Origin: Glycera tridactyla
Taxonomy: Eukaryota
Length of the DNA: 64,000 bases
Reading direction: 5' to 3'
Assembly: GCA_965644265.1 (NCBI GenBank)
Contig: OZ286470.1
Span: forward strand, 62,434,001 to 62,498,000
The notes under the pieces are model-generated. The model had not been told where the DNA came from, did no database searches, and saw nothing but the letters and a program-made list of their open reading frames with translations. Below are positions 15,040-28,545 of this stretch, in pieces (position 1 is the stretch's first letter; every line of letters begins with the position of its first letter). The position numbers and the translations under genes were made by a program.

Positions 15040-15400
15040 TTTTGATTTATCATTATCATCATTAATAGTAGCACCAATGTTGTACTAGTAGTACTAGTAA
15101 CATCATTTTCATCATGATTAATATCACCAAGATTACCATTATGAACATCATTATCACGATCATTATTGTTGCCATTGCCATCCTTATCATCATCATTATC
15201 ACTGTTATCACTGATAATGTTAATACCAATATTGCCATCAACATTATAGAATATTATCATCATTCCTTAATATCATGATCATTATGTTATCATCATCACT
15301 ATTGTTATCACTACTTATATCATCATAACCATTGTCATCATTGATCGTCCTCCATCATAGCATTATCAATAATAATACTGTCATTGATAGCATTATTTGG
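15040..15400. repeat. Degenerate (ATC/ATT)n trinucleotide microsatellite
   Basis: Long run of atcatt/atcatc/attatc triplets. Confidence 0.85.
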
Positions 15401-16190
15401 GATTCTGATGAAAGGTGCAGGTAAATTTCAACACAGTTGTGAATATGACCTCAACATCAACAAGACTGTAGTAAGAATTCCAATGCATATCTTTCTTCAA
15501 TATGTAAAAAACTATATTATAAAGGAATTACTATGAGATTAGCTACATCAAATATACAATATAAAGTAGTCAATCCGTGAAGATCAATTAATAAAAGCTG
15601 CTGAAGTTGACTATACCATAAACTTCATGGCCCTACAATAAGGCCTTCATATCAGAATGTCTTCATCTGCCAATAAACAGCCCCAAACTCTCTCACGACT
15701 CCCTGGAACCAGAGTCGCCTTTAAAGTTGGGTAATGACTAGTGTGTGTATAGTCTCTCATTCAGCGAAATCTACACAAGTGAGGTGTTTTCGGATGTCGA
15801 CAAGTACAGGCGATTCAAATAATCAGCATTCAGGCTGCGTCGCTCCCACCTCTTTCTCTTGTAATTACGTATCGAAGCGCTTAAGATAGGCCCCTTTAAT
15901 ATGACATTTAGGTAGCGGGGATGGCGCCAGACCCCAACCAGCTCTCATCGCCTACACCTGTAATTTGTATAATGGTATCTCACCTCCTAGCTTCCCAAGT
16001 GCTGCATCTACTGTGTCTGATTTCACACAACTGAAATGGGGTATTGACCCTGAAACTGCTGAATCTGTCCTGCCTGAGGCATGTCTGATTTGATGCTCAC
16101 TATTGTATGTGATATGATTAGCCCGAAGGTAGTCACCCTTTTACACATGTACACATCAGATTCACCTCATGGAGTAACACTGGTTCCATT

Positions 16191-16298
16191 GATGAATGAG
16201 GGAATGAATGAATGGACAAACAAATGACATATGAATGAATGAGCAAATGAATGAATGCAGGAATGAATGAATGGATGAATGAATGAATGAATGAATAA
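16191..16298. repeat. (GAAT)n microsatellite next to an assembly gap
   Basis: Direct reading. Confidence 0.9.
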
Positions 16299-16313
16299 AT
16301 GCACAAACAAGCT

Positions 16314-16482
16314 NNNNNNNNNNNNNNNNNNNNNNNNNNNNNNNNNNNNNNNNNNNNNNNNNNNNNNNNNNNNNNNNNNNNNNNNNNNNNNNNNNNNNNN
16401 NNNNNNNNNNNNNNNNNNNNNNNNNNNNNNNNNNNNNNNNNNNNNNNNNNNNNNNNNNNNNNNNNNNNNNNNNNNNNNNNNN
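16314..16482. other. Assembly gap (169 N)
   Basis: N-run. Confidence 0.99.
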
Positions 16483-19400
16483 ATGATCTAAATGTCACCA
16501 GAAAGTGGTCGCTCATCAGAGGTATACATAAATAAGTCGAATACCAAAGCTCCTCTGAAAAATCAGTCTCCTGTCAGAGGTGGTCTTTAATTGGGAGTCT
16601 TGCTGCTGGTCCCACTTCACCAGCAATCACTTGAAAAATGTCTGACTGAGAAAAATTCCTCCTCTATTATTACAAGAAAAAAAACAATGTATATTGTATA
16701 AATTGAAACCATGAAAACAATCTTAGGCTGCCCTAATTGCCAGATTTGGCACTGATTCCAAATGAACCCTGATTAATTTTGATCTGCATTTCCATCTTTG
16801 ATATCAGATGCTGGGAAATCTACAAATCTCAACTAATCAATCCAGCCTAATGGGGGCTAATCAGCTGTTTAGGACATCAAACGTCAAAATGTTTTGGGGT
16901 CATCATTCCCAGCTCCAAGTTCCAATCACTGATATATGTTTTATTGATGAATCTTGATTGCGATGAAGCTGCCCTGGCAATCAATGAGGTCAACATTGAT
17001 GGGTAAAGTGAAACCTGTGATGAAACAACCATCAAATATTGTTAAGGAACACAGTTCACTCTTGGCTGTGCCGCTGCATCCAATTACACAAAATCATGCT
17101 ATGTGATTCTTTTTGCATCAACTGGTACAGCAGAAGTGTCAAAATTCACACCCACTCAGGTTAGCAGAATGTTGATTGTGAAATATCAGTAAGCATCTTT
17201 AGACTTTGTCTACTACCAACACAAACAAAACTTAACCATCTTCCAGCTACTGACAGTTGGAATTTTCCATATCTTCTGCTTAACCCTTGATGCTGACCTA
17301 GAAGTATTGTAATAAATCATTGAATTCCTGGGATGATTTACAAGAAAAGAGGTGAGAAATCATACACACGCATGCAGCTCACTGCTGAGTAGGGGCACAT
17401 GCACTTTAGAAGTCCTCAATTTTATCTGCATAGACTGGAAGCTACAATCATAATCTGAATACCTGTGAATTTCTTTGTATCCTAACAGGCATGATGAAGG
17501 TCAGACTTATCCTACTCATTAATGCACCCAACATCGCTAAAGCTTGTACAGCCCAACCGTCACACCAGACAAACTCGACTGAGTTATCATCTAAACAACC
17601 ATCTACGCATATACCTGCAGGGCTCTATGTTGTGATCTGTGTGACAACTTCTGTGTATGCAACCACAATTGTTGGTGTTTTAGCACAGGTTAGACTGTGA
17701 ATTGACTCACTGTTCACACCTCTGGCAATCCACTCACCTGTAACAGATCAAGTAACACATATCATCACAATGCCATAAAACCAGCTTTACAATCCGTAGA
17801 AAATCATGTGTACATATCTGGATGCAGACCACTTCCACAACAAATTAACATGGGGACAGTAACCAATGGATAAATGAGGGGTATGTATCCTCACATGTAA
17901 AATGTGATACAAAATAAACTTTCATCTTCAATATTCAAACAAGAAAAGTGAGATAATATTTGGGAGTCATACTGATTGTTATTGAAAAGCAGCTATTCAA
18001 GATATGTAGTCTGGTGTCAGTGGCATCTTTGACTCTGGTGAACAACAGATCTGCTCTAATAAGGCAGTGTCCTGCAATAAGTCAGTCTCTTGTCAGCAGT
18101 CTCTCATCATAGCAGAATCTATCCTGAAAGAGAGATATTTCAGGAACTCTTTAAATGGCATAATATGCCTAGATAATTCACTGATTACAGTACTTTTTGA
18201 AAGAAAACTTGGACAACAATGCAGACCGAAGTTGCTTTCTGGACAGTGAAGAGACTGTGATCAGGGATGTCTGTGATAAGTCTCGAGGAATATGTGCTGA
18301 ATTGGTACATTTGGATATGAATGATATTTCATATGTTCACTTGATGTGTCTGAAGTACACGACCCAGGCCAGGAATATCCCTTTTAGAAGACATTCCAGC
18401 TGCCATTTCTCATCCTGTTTGCTGCAGACTGGGAAGTTAACCCGCAGCAAAAATCGTGACCAAGTCACTATGATGAGAAGCAGCTCTGGGTTTTCATAGA
18501 AATTCTCAATGGGGAAAAATGTGGGTTTCCTGCTGTCCTTTTGCCCAAACACAGAGCTGGTTGAGGGGATGTGCTCTCCAATTAAGTCTGAGTCAGCTTA
18601 CGCCAGCGTTCAGAGGCACAGCAGGATATTCAGATAAATACATGCTTTAATGAAAAGAACTTGAACCAGTTGAGTTTAATTCAATTGAATACTTGTTAGG
18701 TGAAGCATGGAGTGGGCCCTTTAACAAGTTTAATCTTTCCATGCTCTGCTACACTGAAATTGCTCATAGATATCTTGTTCCAACACAGTGACTAGCATAC
18801 CTATGGTGGTAGCTCTATCAGACTAAAACAGAGGTCTACTGGTGGTCGTGTTGTTTCAAGTGCTTTATCAGGGAACACTGACAAACACGATTGAAAGTTG
18901 ATCAAGACAACAGCAGAACCCAATTCTTGAAGAATGATACTAATGTAGAGCACGGCTGTTCAACACCTGTTGTGATAAGAGGGCTGAGTAACCACTCAAT
19001 TTGAAGTAATGAAACCGAGTTATGAGGAGTGAATTGCTACAATCTTTTCATCTCAGAGGCCATGGAATTTAACAAGTTTGAGGATCCTTCATGCAAAGGT
19101 TCTGTCTGGATACGGGTTCAGAAACCACAGGGATAGTGGCAATATAAAATGCAAGCAGTTTGAGAAAGTACTTGATGACTTGCATGAAGCAAGTCTGTTA
19201 GCCTAGACATACTTTTTTTTTTATTATAACCAAAGTAGCTCGCACGATAAATGAATTGTCAAATGAGTGTAATCATCCAGTTTTAGCTTCAGAATCTCCA
19301 ACATGTGAGCGGGCCCCCATGGCCGAAAATATTATTGGCCATATCACAAAATGATAGGCTATTCACTATACCAATGGCCTACAGAAATGAATAAGTTGGA

Positions 19401-22363
19401 CCAGTTGAGGAGATACATATTGACCAAGAAGGCAAAATGGGGTCAAGAGCCTGGGCCCAGCAAAACACTGAAGCACTGCAAAACCAGCTATATGTGATTG
19501 AATATTATTTGTTTGATACCAGCCCTGGCCCAAACTGATACTGGATGACAGCTGAATGTTATGAGTAATGATACTGCCTAGTAAAATGTCTAATCACTGA
19601 ATGAGCAACACCAGTTTTTTTATTCAAATATATGCCGGAACCAGATGATAATTGTGCCAAAGTAGCTCCCAAAATATAGACATAGTCAATCTAGAATTGG
19701 ATACTCAAAATACTGATGACCTAGAAAAAAATCAGGAATATTCATGTACACAAATTCAAATTAATTCATCAAGTTCACAAATCAGTGAATGCATACATAC
19801 ACATGGTAGACAAAAATAACTGGTCTCCCATGGTTACCATTGAAACCTGTGGTATGAGAGGCATTCAGACCTTTTTTCAACTTGCTGTCATTTAGGCAAT
19901 GTTACCAATGTATTAAATCAATTTGTAGCAAGGATTAGTTCAAACAGTTATGTTCCCGTGCAACAGCTGTGTACAGACACCACAAAATGACTGAACACTC
20001 CCAAGCTCATCCCACACTATGGGGTGCAAGGGTTGAGTAGTTGATTGATTGATTGATTTATTGAGTAGGGTTTAAAATCTCTTCAACCCAGGCAGGATTA
20101 TTCGAGACTGAAGTTCTGGTTGGTTCTCAAACATGAACTCTGAAAATATTGGACTAAAAAAAAATTTCAGAAAAAGTCCTGTGTATTTATCTCATAGTGT
20201 TTTCGAATTTTTTGAGTAGACTAAACAAAGATGAAACATTGATTATTTCACTTTTACATGGGATAATTGGCTCATATTGCAAAGAAAATTTCCGTGACCA
20301 CAGAAGTACAAGATAGCACTGTGAACATTCTCATGCTTGAATATCATACATGTATAAGAAAATTGAAAATGTTGAATGATAAAGCGAAACAAGTAATACT
20401 GAATCTTGCCAATTGAACTTTCATCCAAACAAACATATTTCTATAAACAGTTGAAGTTGAAATTACAGATGATCCATGTCAGTTCTCCAAATTTCACCTT
20501 TACCTCAAAATTCAAATTAAATCATTTTTCAATGAATGATAGCACTTTCGGAACTGAAACCTGGAATGAACATCTTCAATGTCCGATTTCCACGTTTCAA
20601 ACATTGAATGTCTCGAATGAATCAAAATGGAAAGACCACACTGGATATTTGGTTATCAATGAAACCTACTTCCATAGAATATCCATGGGCTTTCGGGGGT
20701 TTATGCTCTGAAATCATGAATCTGATCACAAATGTCGATCTGTGACCTTTATTCCCACCAAGATTTGGAGACTTCCCTGACCTGTAAATTGATAATTGGC
20801 CTGACTGATATGTCATATCTGACACGGTTTCCTTACATGTCAACACCCGTCTCTTGTACCCTGTGGTGATGTCACCATACTCCGATCATATGAGCCACAC
20901 TCGATGAATGATCATCGAATTACCTTTCTAAATTTGTGTCAACCAAGTGGCAAGGTAATGTGTACAGAGGGAGGGGGAGCACTGACCTATTCAATCTAAT
21001 ACTCATTTTCAATATTTGTCCATGAATGATTGCACCCCTATACGAGTCAGTGGGGATCAACCAATAGGAAATCACATAATAGAATTTCACAATGCACACT
21101 CATGGCGGCAAATAGCATACACTGATAACCCTGTCCTCCCCGCATACATGGGAAGATATTTTCAAGATTCCTCATTCTAATATCAGTTTTAGTTCCACAA
21201 TCATCTGCTTTGGGGGATGCAATTGGAATCCTAAGGCGAAATCTATACAAGTTGGTAGGTATCTAATCCATTTGATTCCAGCTGTGAAGGGGTGAAATAG
21301 TCATATTTGGAAAATCAATCTGGGTGGACAATAGTTAAAGGAGTCCCCAGATCAGGGGGTTGGGCACATAGATATCAAATTGACCCGAATCCAATTTTTG
21401 ACACATCCATTTTTCCCACACTACCATGCAGATCCTAGTATAAATATTTGGCATGATCAGCCATCCACTCACTTTGTTGAGCTTTATCAGTTTGAGATTT
21501 CAACAATTTGAGATTCCATTTATTTGTGCTTGAAGTAAATGAAAGTGTTGGAAAAGGGGATCTAATGCCAGGAATGTTACACAGGGTCAAAACATTGAAC
21601 TAAGGTGAAGTTCTGACACAGTCACAAGTCATGATCAATTATGAATTGATTTCCTGAATATACAATGCCTGCAAGTCCATGTTCTGAAAATGGTCAGCCC
21701 TCATCTCAACTGAATATGAAGGAAATTTGGTCAGAGTCTGGTCAGAATTGGACAGTGTTCTTCCAGTTTTTGAGATCAAAAATCAAATGTGGATGTGGAC
21801 TACTATGGTACATGTGACTATGTCCATTAGTTCTCTATAATAGAACTGGAAGTCAAATGGAGCTCTTGGAGAATTCAGTAGAGTTGATGACATGTCAAGC
21901 GAGCTATTTTCCCACACAGTCATAGGAAGATGAGCCCCACTTAAATGTCTGTCATAATAACTGACAGGAAGAACCACAATGTGATGATACTTTAAGTGGG
22001 TTTCTCCAAGCTAGCAATATTTAGGAGATAGAATCCAATAACCTGCTCTGACCTTTCATTGCCAAATTTAAGTTTGGTTCTTGTGAGACAGGAAATCAAG
22101 GGAGTGGTTATGTGTAGTTGACTAACATACACACGCATGGAAGCAAACAAGACTCTTAAGTTTTATGAATGGGATATTATTTTATGGACGATTGATATTC
22201 TCATAAGAAGAGTTCATCTATCTATTCTAGTTCATTCTGTTCAGTTGTAATTTGAATTAAAACAATTTCGGGCATGTAATGAAGGAATGGTCTATACATT
22301 TTTGTCAAATGTATGCTTATCTATCCTAAACATAGATTTCAGTCTTGTGGCCAACCTCCTCTT

Positions 22364-22370
<7 letters not shown>

Positions 22371-22394
<24 letters not shown>

Positions 22395-22578
22395 TTTTTT
22401 TAGTGATAGAAATCATGTCAGAGACATATTTCCAGATTGTACTGGCAACAGGTCCATGAAATGTGTTCCAAATGCCCAAATTATTTATTGGCTTGTATGG
22501 GATTTGAACCATCAACCTTCCAGTTTGGCACCCTCGCCAGCAACAAACTGCCAACGCTCTTGTCCTCTCCCCCACGGC
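22371..22578 (-). mobile_element. tRNA-derived SINE with (GT)n tail
   Basis: Minus strand: gccgtgggggagagg (A-box-like), ggttcaaatccc (B-box, 22499-22510), body, then (GT)n at 22371-22394. Confidence 0.6.
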
Positions 22579-22635
22579 AGATCCACTAAAAATGGATCTG
22601 CAATGGACGCAGTTAAGCCAGAGTGCTGGCAGTGC

Positions 22636-22725
22636 CCACACACACACTCACCCACACACACACACACCCACACACATCTGCCTACACACACACACACATC
22701 CATCCCCCCCCCCCCACACACACAT
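22636..22725. repeat. CA-rich low-complexity tract
   Basis: Interrupted (CA)n with a C-run. Confidence 0.85.
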
Positions 22726-23869
22726 ACAACTATTTCCAATCTTCAGCAGTGAATCATAAGTGCAATACATCTGAAGAATCATCACATTGTTCTGCCTTAG
22801 TCATACCTATTATATTGATCGGTGACTGGCAAGAACCGTAATAGGAGGGAAACTATCAGGTGAGTAAATGGCAGGCTGTCAACAGCTTTATTCCCATGAG
22901 AATCTGGGAACATCACCATAGGTAAATTGCTCATTCCATTCCAAGTGATCTCATTTTGCACAATTTGAAAATCAAAGTGACAGCTATTCAATTAATCATG
23001 AGTCATTACAGATATTTCTCATGCAGATTCAACTCTGGTACAATAAACGAGAGTGGGACATGGGAATGACGGTACTTTATACAAGCAGACACAGGCCTTC
23101 AGACAATCCTGAATGACAAATCTGAAAATGCTGAAAACAATAACATTCCAATTCATGCTGAAGATCTTCACATAACACCAATTCATCTCTCAAAGTTTCA
23201 GGTGCATTGCTTCTAAATGACCATTGGTGCATTGTTTTATTAAATTCCACTGAGGAGCTAATCCATATGATCGATAAATGGATAAATTTATAACCTCTCT
23301 TTTAGCATCTAACATCCACAGTGCTGGCGATGACATACCCAATCCCCTGAATTGATACAGGTCATTGAACTCCGACCAATCCATAGCATTATCTAGGAAT
23401 ATAAATATCACCACCTATACCACTATATACCACCTGAATTAGCTGAATTGTGGGTGTTCATACCTCTTCTCTGAATTGAAAAGTACAATATTTTTCAGGA
23501 GTTAATAAGATTCTAGGATGATGGATCAAATGTGATGATATCTCAATCTACATAAGGCTGTAGTTTTTGGTTATCACCAATTGTCAGGAGATATCTTGCT
23601 TTAGGGTGTCTGCCCTAGGTTGAAGAGTGGACTGAATGCAGATAATCAAGAAGTATTTGCCATCTCACAATAAGGTTCACCATATTTCAATGTCTAGAGG
23701 ACATTTCTGGTCATAGGGAGAACAAACATAGCATCTGGTAGCCACTATGTGAATCCTCACCTGTGTGGCTTTCTTTACATCGAAAGATTTGCTGTATTCT
23801 TGTGAGGAGAAATTGATTATAGCAGAGGTAAAAACATCAGAATATTGGTCATTTTCATACAAATACCTT

Positions 23870-24012
23870 TGAACCTGTTTTGAGAGACCCCTTCTTTTGA
23901 GAGACTGCTTTTCATTGGCTCTTGTCTAACTGGTAAATTCAAATATCTATCTTCAATGAGAGACCACCTGTGGTTGGCATTCAGGCCAGGCCCCCAAGAG
24001 AGGTTTTACTGT
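23870..24012. mobile_element. Degenerate MITE
   Basis: gaacctgttttgagagacc ... gagagaccacctg ... gagaggttttactg. Confidence 0.5.
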
Positions 24013-24234
24013 GTTGTATAATGAATTATCATAAACGATTTGGTATTTGGTGAAAGAGTTCTGAACACCATTGAGCAAGATAAAAAATCTTTCTTGTCAT
24101 GCAATTATATAATTAGAATTTGTACGCCTTTTTTAAGTGAGCCAAAATGGTAGCAAAAAATTGGAGCACCCACACAGCTTTGATTAATAAAACATCTAAT
24201 TTCACACCTCATTGTCCATGTATGATCAGGAGAG

Positions 24235-24376
24235 NNNNNNNNNNNNNNNNNNNNNNNNNNNNNNNNNNNNNNNNNNNNNNNNNNNNNNNNNNNNNNNNNN
24301 NNNNNNNNNNNNNNNNNNNNNNNNNNNNNNNNNNNNNNNNNNNNNNNNNNNNNNNNNNNNNNNNNNNNNNNNNNNN
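24235..24376. other. Assembly gap (142 N)
   Basis: N-run. Confidence 0.99.
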
Positions 24377-25186
24377 GTTTGTGTTACTATTCACAATCTT
24401 ATAACAACACAAAAAGTCATACAACAAAGAGATATCAGAGGTGTCTCCACCACCTCAAAATTCATGTTTCATGGGATTACATTTGAAGCTGGTCAGGAGT
24501 ACACCTGCCTCCAAAGCCCACCCTGAACGGTGACACCCATAGTATCCAATTCAGTTAATAATATCTCTATAAAGAGAATCTTTCTAGAAAGACCACTTAA
24601 GGATGCAACTGGTGGTAATGCTTGTTGAATAATTTGAATATATATATATGGAGTGGATCCTGATTAGAAAATCAAATTTTTCCTGTGATATAGGGTACTT
24701 TCTCATTGCATATTTGATTGTAATGACATTTTCCCACCCTCACAATCCTGACAATCTGGATCAATGCCATTTTCACTGAGCTAGTTTGGAGCGAGGTCAC
24801 GGGCGACACAGTTGTCTGACAATCCAGCACCAATCCATTTCCGACACCTTCAAATGCCAAAATAAACATTTACTTTACATTATTTATACAGAGAAAAACA
24901 TCTAGAGTAGTCATAATAGTACAGTGTAGAGAGCTATATGGAAATGTTCCACCCTGACTTGTAACAAAATATCAACATTTACTATTACACTTCAAAAAGG
25001 ATTAGGTGAGTGCTTCAAAATATGAGAAAGTCGAGCCTGCTGCCTTATGGTGTACCAAATCCATGTGTATTTCTCAACATTGACACATATCTAAATGACT
25101 TCATCAGCTACAATATACTGATTCATACCTGATCTAGATTCAAAACTCATCCTCTCAATCTGCAAGCCTAATGCCAATGCACTACT

Positions 25187-25365
25187 CTGAAATCAATGAT
25201 GAGAGACCATCCTGAATCACAACACAATATGTCAGAGGTATATTGGAGTCAAATTGAAGAGGTACTCCCAAAAAAGTGGATCTTGAAAAAGGTGGGTTCT
25301 TACTCAAATGGTGGAGTTATGAATGTAGTCTCCTGCCAGGGGTCTCTTCTAACATGTTTCACTGA
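25187..25365. mobile_element. Degenerate MITE whose right end forms part of the 72-bp array unit
   Basis: tactctgaaatcaatgatgagagaccatcc resembles the family left end; ggtctcttctaacatgtttcactg resembles the family right end (ggtctct..acaggtttcactg). Confidence 0.45.
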
Positions 25366-27201
25366 GCAATGCTCTACATCACAGCTCTCAACATTTCTAA
25401 TCTCCTGCATGAGGTCTCTTCTAACATGTTTCACTGAGCAATGCTCTACATCACAGCTCTCAACATTTCTAATCTCCTGCATGAGGTCTCTTCTAACATG
25501 TTTCACTGAGCAATGCTCTACATCACAGCTCTCAACATTTCTAATCTCCTGCCAGGGGTCTCTTCTAACATGTTTCACTGAGCAATGCTCTACATCACAG
25601 CTCTCTACATTTCTAATCTCCTGCATGAGGTCTCTTCTAACATGTTTCGCTGAGCAATGCTCTACATCACAGCTCTCAACATTTCTAATCTCCTGCATGA
25701 GGTCTGTTCTAACATGTTTCACTGAGCAATGCTCTACATCACAGCTCTCAACATTTCTAATCTCCTGCATGAGGTCTCTTCTAACATGTTTCACTGAGCA
25801 ATGCTCTACATCACAGCTCTCAACATTTCTAATCTCCTGCCAGGGGTCTCTTCTAACATGTTTCACTGAGCAACGCTCTACATCACAGCTCTCAACATTT
25901 CTAATCTCCTGCATGAGGTCTCTTCTAACATGTTTCACTGAGCAATGCTCTACATCACAGCTCTCAACATTTCTAATCTCCTGCCAGGGGTCTCTTCTAA
26001 CATGTTTCACTGAGCAATGCTCTACATCACAGCTCTCAACATTTCTAATCTCCTGCATGAGGTCTGTTCTAACATGTTTCACTGAGCAATGCTCTACATC
26101 ACAGCTCTCAACATTTCTAATCTCCTGCCAGGGGTCTCTTCTAACATGTTTCACTGAGCAACGCTCTACATCACAGCTCTCAACATTTCTAATCTCCTGC
26201 ATGAGGTCTCTTCTAACATGTTTCACTGAGCAATGCTCTACATCACAGCTCTCAACATTTCTAATCTCCTGCCAGGGGTCTCTTCTAACATGTTTCACTG
26301 AGCAATGCTCTACATCACAGCTCTCAACATTTCTAATCTCCTGCATGAGGTCTCTTCTAACATGTTTCACTGAGCAATGCTCTACATCACAGCTCTCAAC
26401 ATTCCTAATCTCCTGCATGAGGTCTCTTCTAACATGTTTCACTGAGCAATGCTCTACATCACAGCTCTCAACATTTCTAATCTCCTGCATGAGGTCTCTT
26501 CTAACATGTTTCACTGAGCAATGCTCTACATCACAGCTCTCAACATTCCTAATCTCCTGCATGAGGTCTCTTCTAACATGTTTCACTGAGCAATGCTCTA
26601 CATCACAGCTCTCAACATTTCTAATCTCCTGCATGAGGTCTCTTCTAACATGTTTCACTGAGCGATGATCTACATCATAGCTCTCAACATTTCTAATCTC
26701 CTGCATGAGGTCTCTTCTAACATGTTTCACTGAGCAAGCTCTACATCACAGCTCTCAGCATTTCTAATCTCCTGCATGAGGTCTCTTCTAACATGTTTCA
26801 CTGAGCAATGCTCTACATCACAGCTCTCAGCATTTCTAATCTCCTGCATGAGGTCTCTTCTAACATGTTTCACTGAGCAATGCTCTACATCACAGCTCTC
26901 AACATTTCTAATCTCCTGCATGAGGTCTCTTCTAACATGTTTCACTGAGCAATGCTCTACATCACAGCTCTCAAAATTTCTAATCTCCTGCATGAGGTCT
27001 CTTCTAACATGTTTCACTGAGCAATGCTCTACATCACAGCTCTCAACATATCTAATCTCCTGCATGAGGTCTCTTCTAACATGTTTCACTGAGCAATGCT
27101 CTACATCACAGCTCTCAGCATTTCTAATCTCCTGCATGAGGTCTCTTCTAACATGTTTCACTGAGCAATGCTCTACATCACAGCTCTCAACATTTCTAGT
27201 C
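25326..27201. repeat. 72-bp tandem minisatellite, 26 units
   Basis: Unit ctcctgcatgaggtctcttctaacatgtttcactgagcaatgctctacatcacagctctcaacatttctaat. The terminal tagtc motifs are 1871 bp apart (26 x 72 minus a 1-bp deletion near 26737). Two unit variants, gccagggg and gcatgagg. Confidence 0.97.
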
Positions 27202-28545
27202 CATAACAGGAGAGAGCCATGTAGCATGACATTATGTGATTATTTGACCAAAAAGTCACATCCAGGGTACACACAAACATCATGAGAGACACTGATTTGG
27301 AACACAACTTCCTTCTCTTCATCTTTTGGATCACGCAAAAGCATGCCAACCGAAAAAAAAGAGTATAAACTGTACATGATGGTCTGAGATCGACCATAAT
27401 CACAGCAGGCCAGGTATTGCTTACTGATCAGCAAACTATGCTCAATAAGTGGCATTACAATGGAGGTAAAATTTCAGCAATGAACCGATGACAAATATAT
27501 GGAGCTTAAGCAATTCATGAAGTGATGCATGATTGGATCATTCAAATGGTATTAAACTGGACCAAACAGCCTATTGAAATGACACCAGTGACAGTTTAGA
27601 CACAGGGCAACCATTCTCAAGGCCGTGACTGGCTGACAACCAAAAACACTGAAAAACCTTACCGGAGGCACCCTTGACCAGGGTTCTGTGGACCAAGAGA
27701 CCTCATAACTAAAAACCGATGGCTAATGGAAATCCATCTAAATTCTGTACTTTATCTCCACTAATTCTGGTCTGATTTTCATGATCTAGAATAAAAAAAC
27801 TCAGCATAAACACTCAATTTCTGTCATTCATGGATCGCTGCATTTGTGATGAAAAACATGGGAATCCATGGATATGCGGAATGATCACATCCCGTATTTT
27901 GACCAAGTCGATTCTTGATTATTGTCTTCAAAGTAACATTCCAGTCAGATGGCTAGGAATGATGCCTACTTCATGATAATCCTGGAGTCATTTCCATGAT
28001 TCCATGATCAACTATTTATTGTTATGACTGTTTTCTATTTGAGATTTGAGAAATAGCTGAAAGCCACCATCCTACAAAATCAGTGTGATGCGAAAGATCG
28101 AGTGCAACAAAATTCTCTCCTTCGTCGTAATAATCATAAACTGTGCATGACTGCGGTGACAGTTTTCATGCTCTGCTTCAGAACAACTATAATACATCTA
28201 CCTCTCATTATCAACAACCACAAGTACTGGGTTTTTGTGCAGATAGATAATGTTGCCCATGTGTTCTCATCTAGGCATCCATATTTGTGGATGTTACTGT
28301 CTGTCCGTCCTCTATGTGGCTCATCAGAAAATATAGTATTACCATCGGATAAGATTTCGATATTCAATGTCATGAAACCATACAAGATTTCATCAAACTA
28401 ATATCAGTGATCAGGATTAAACTATTTTTCACCATACACAATTGGAATGTATAAGTTGCAGTCTCAGAAATCATCTGATTTCTTGTGGATTTGTACCTGG
28501 ATATCCCGCATGACACCAACTGCCTAGCTTGTGGATGAGCAAACA

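Noticed and set aside
15024-15263. Asp/Asn-rich and Ile/Met-rich ORFs
   Set aside because: Translations of an (ATC/ATT)n microsatellite.
24735-24849. Possible phase-1 exon after tttgaag (GVGNGLVLDCQTTVSP...)
   Set aside because: No similarity to the expected ABTB2/3 exon 2 and no convincing donor.
25326-27201. CRISPR-like appearance of the regular array
   Set aside because: No unique spacers (whole units repeat), no cas genes, eukaryotic context.
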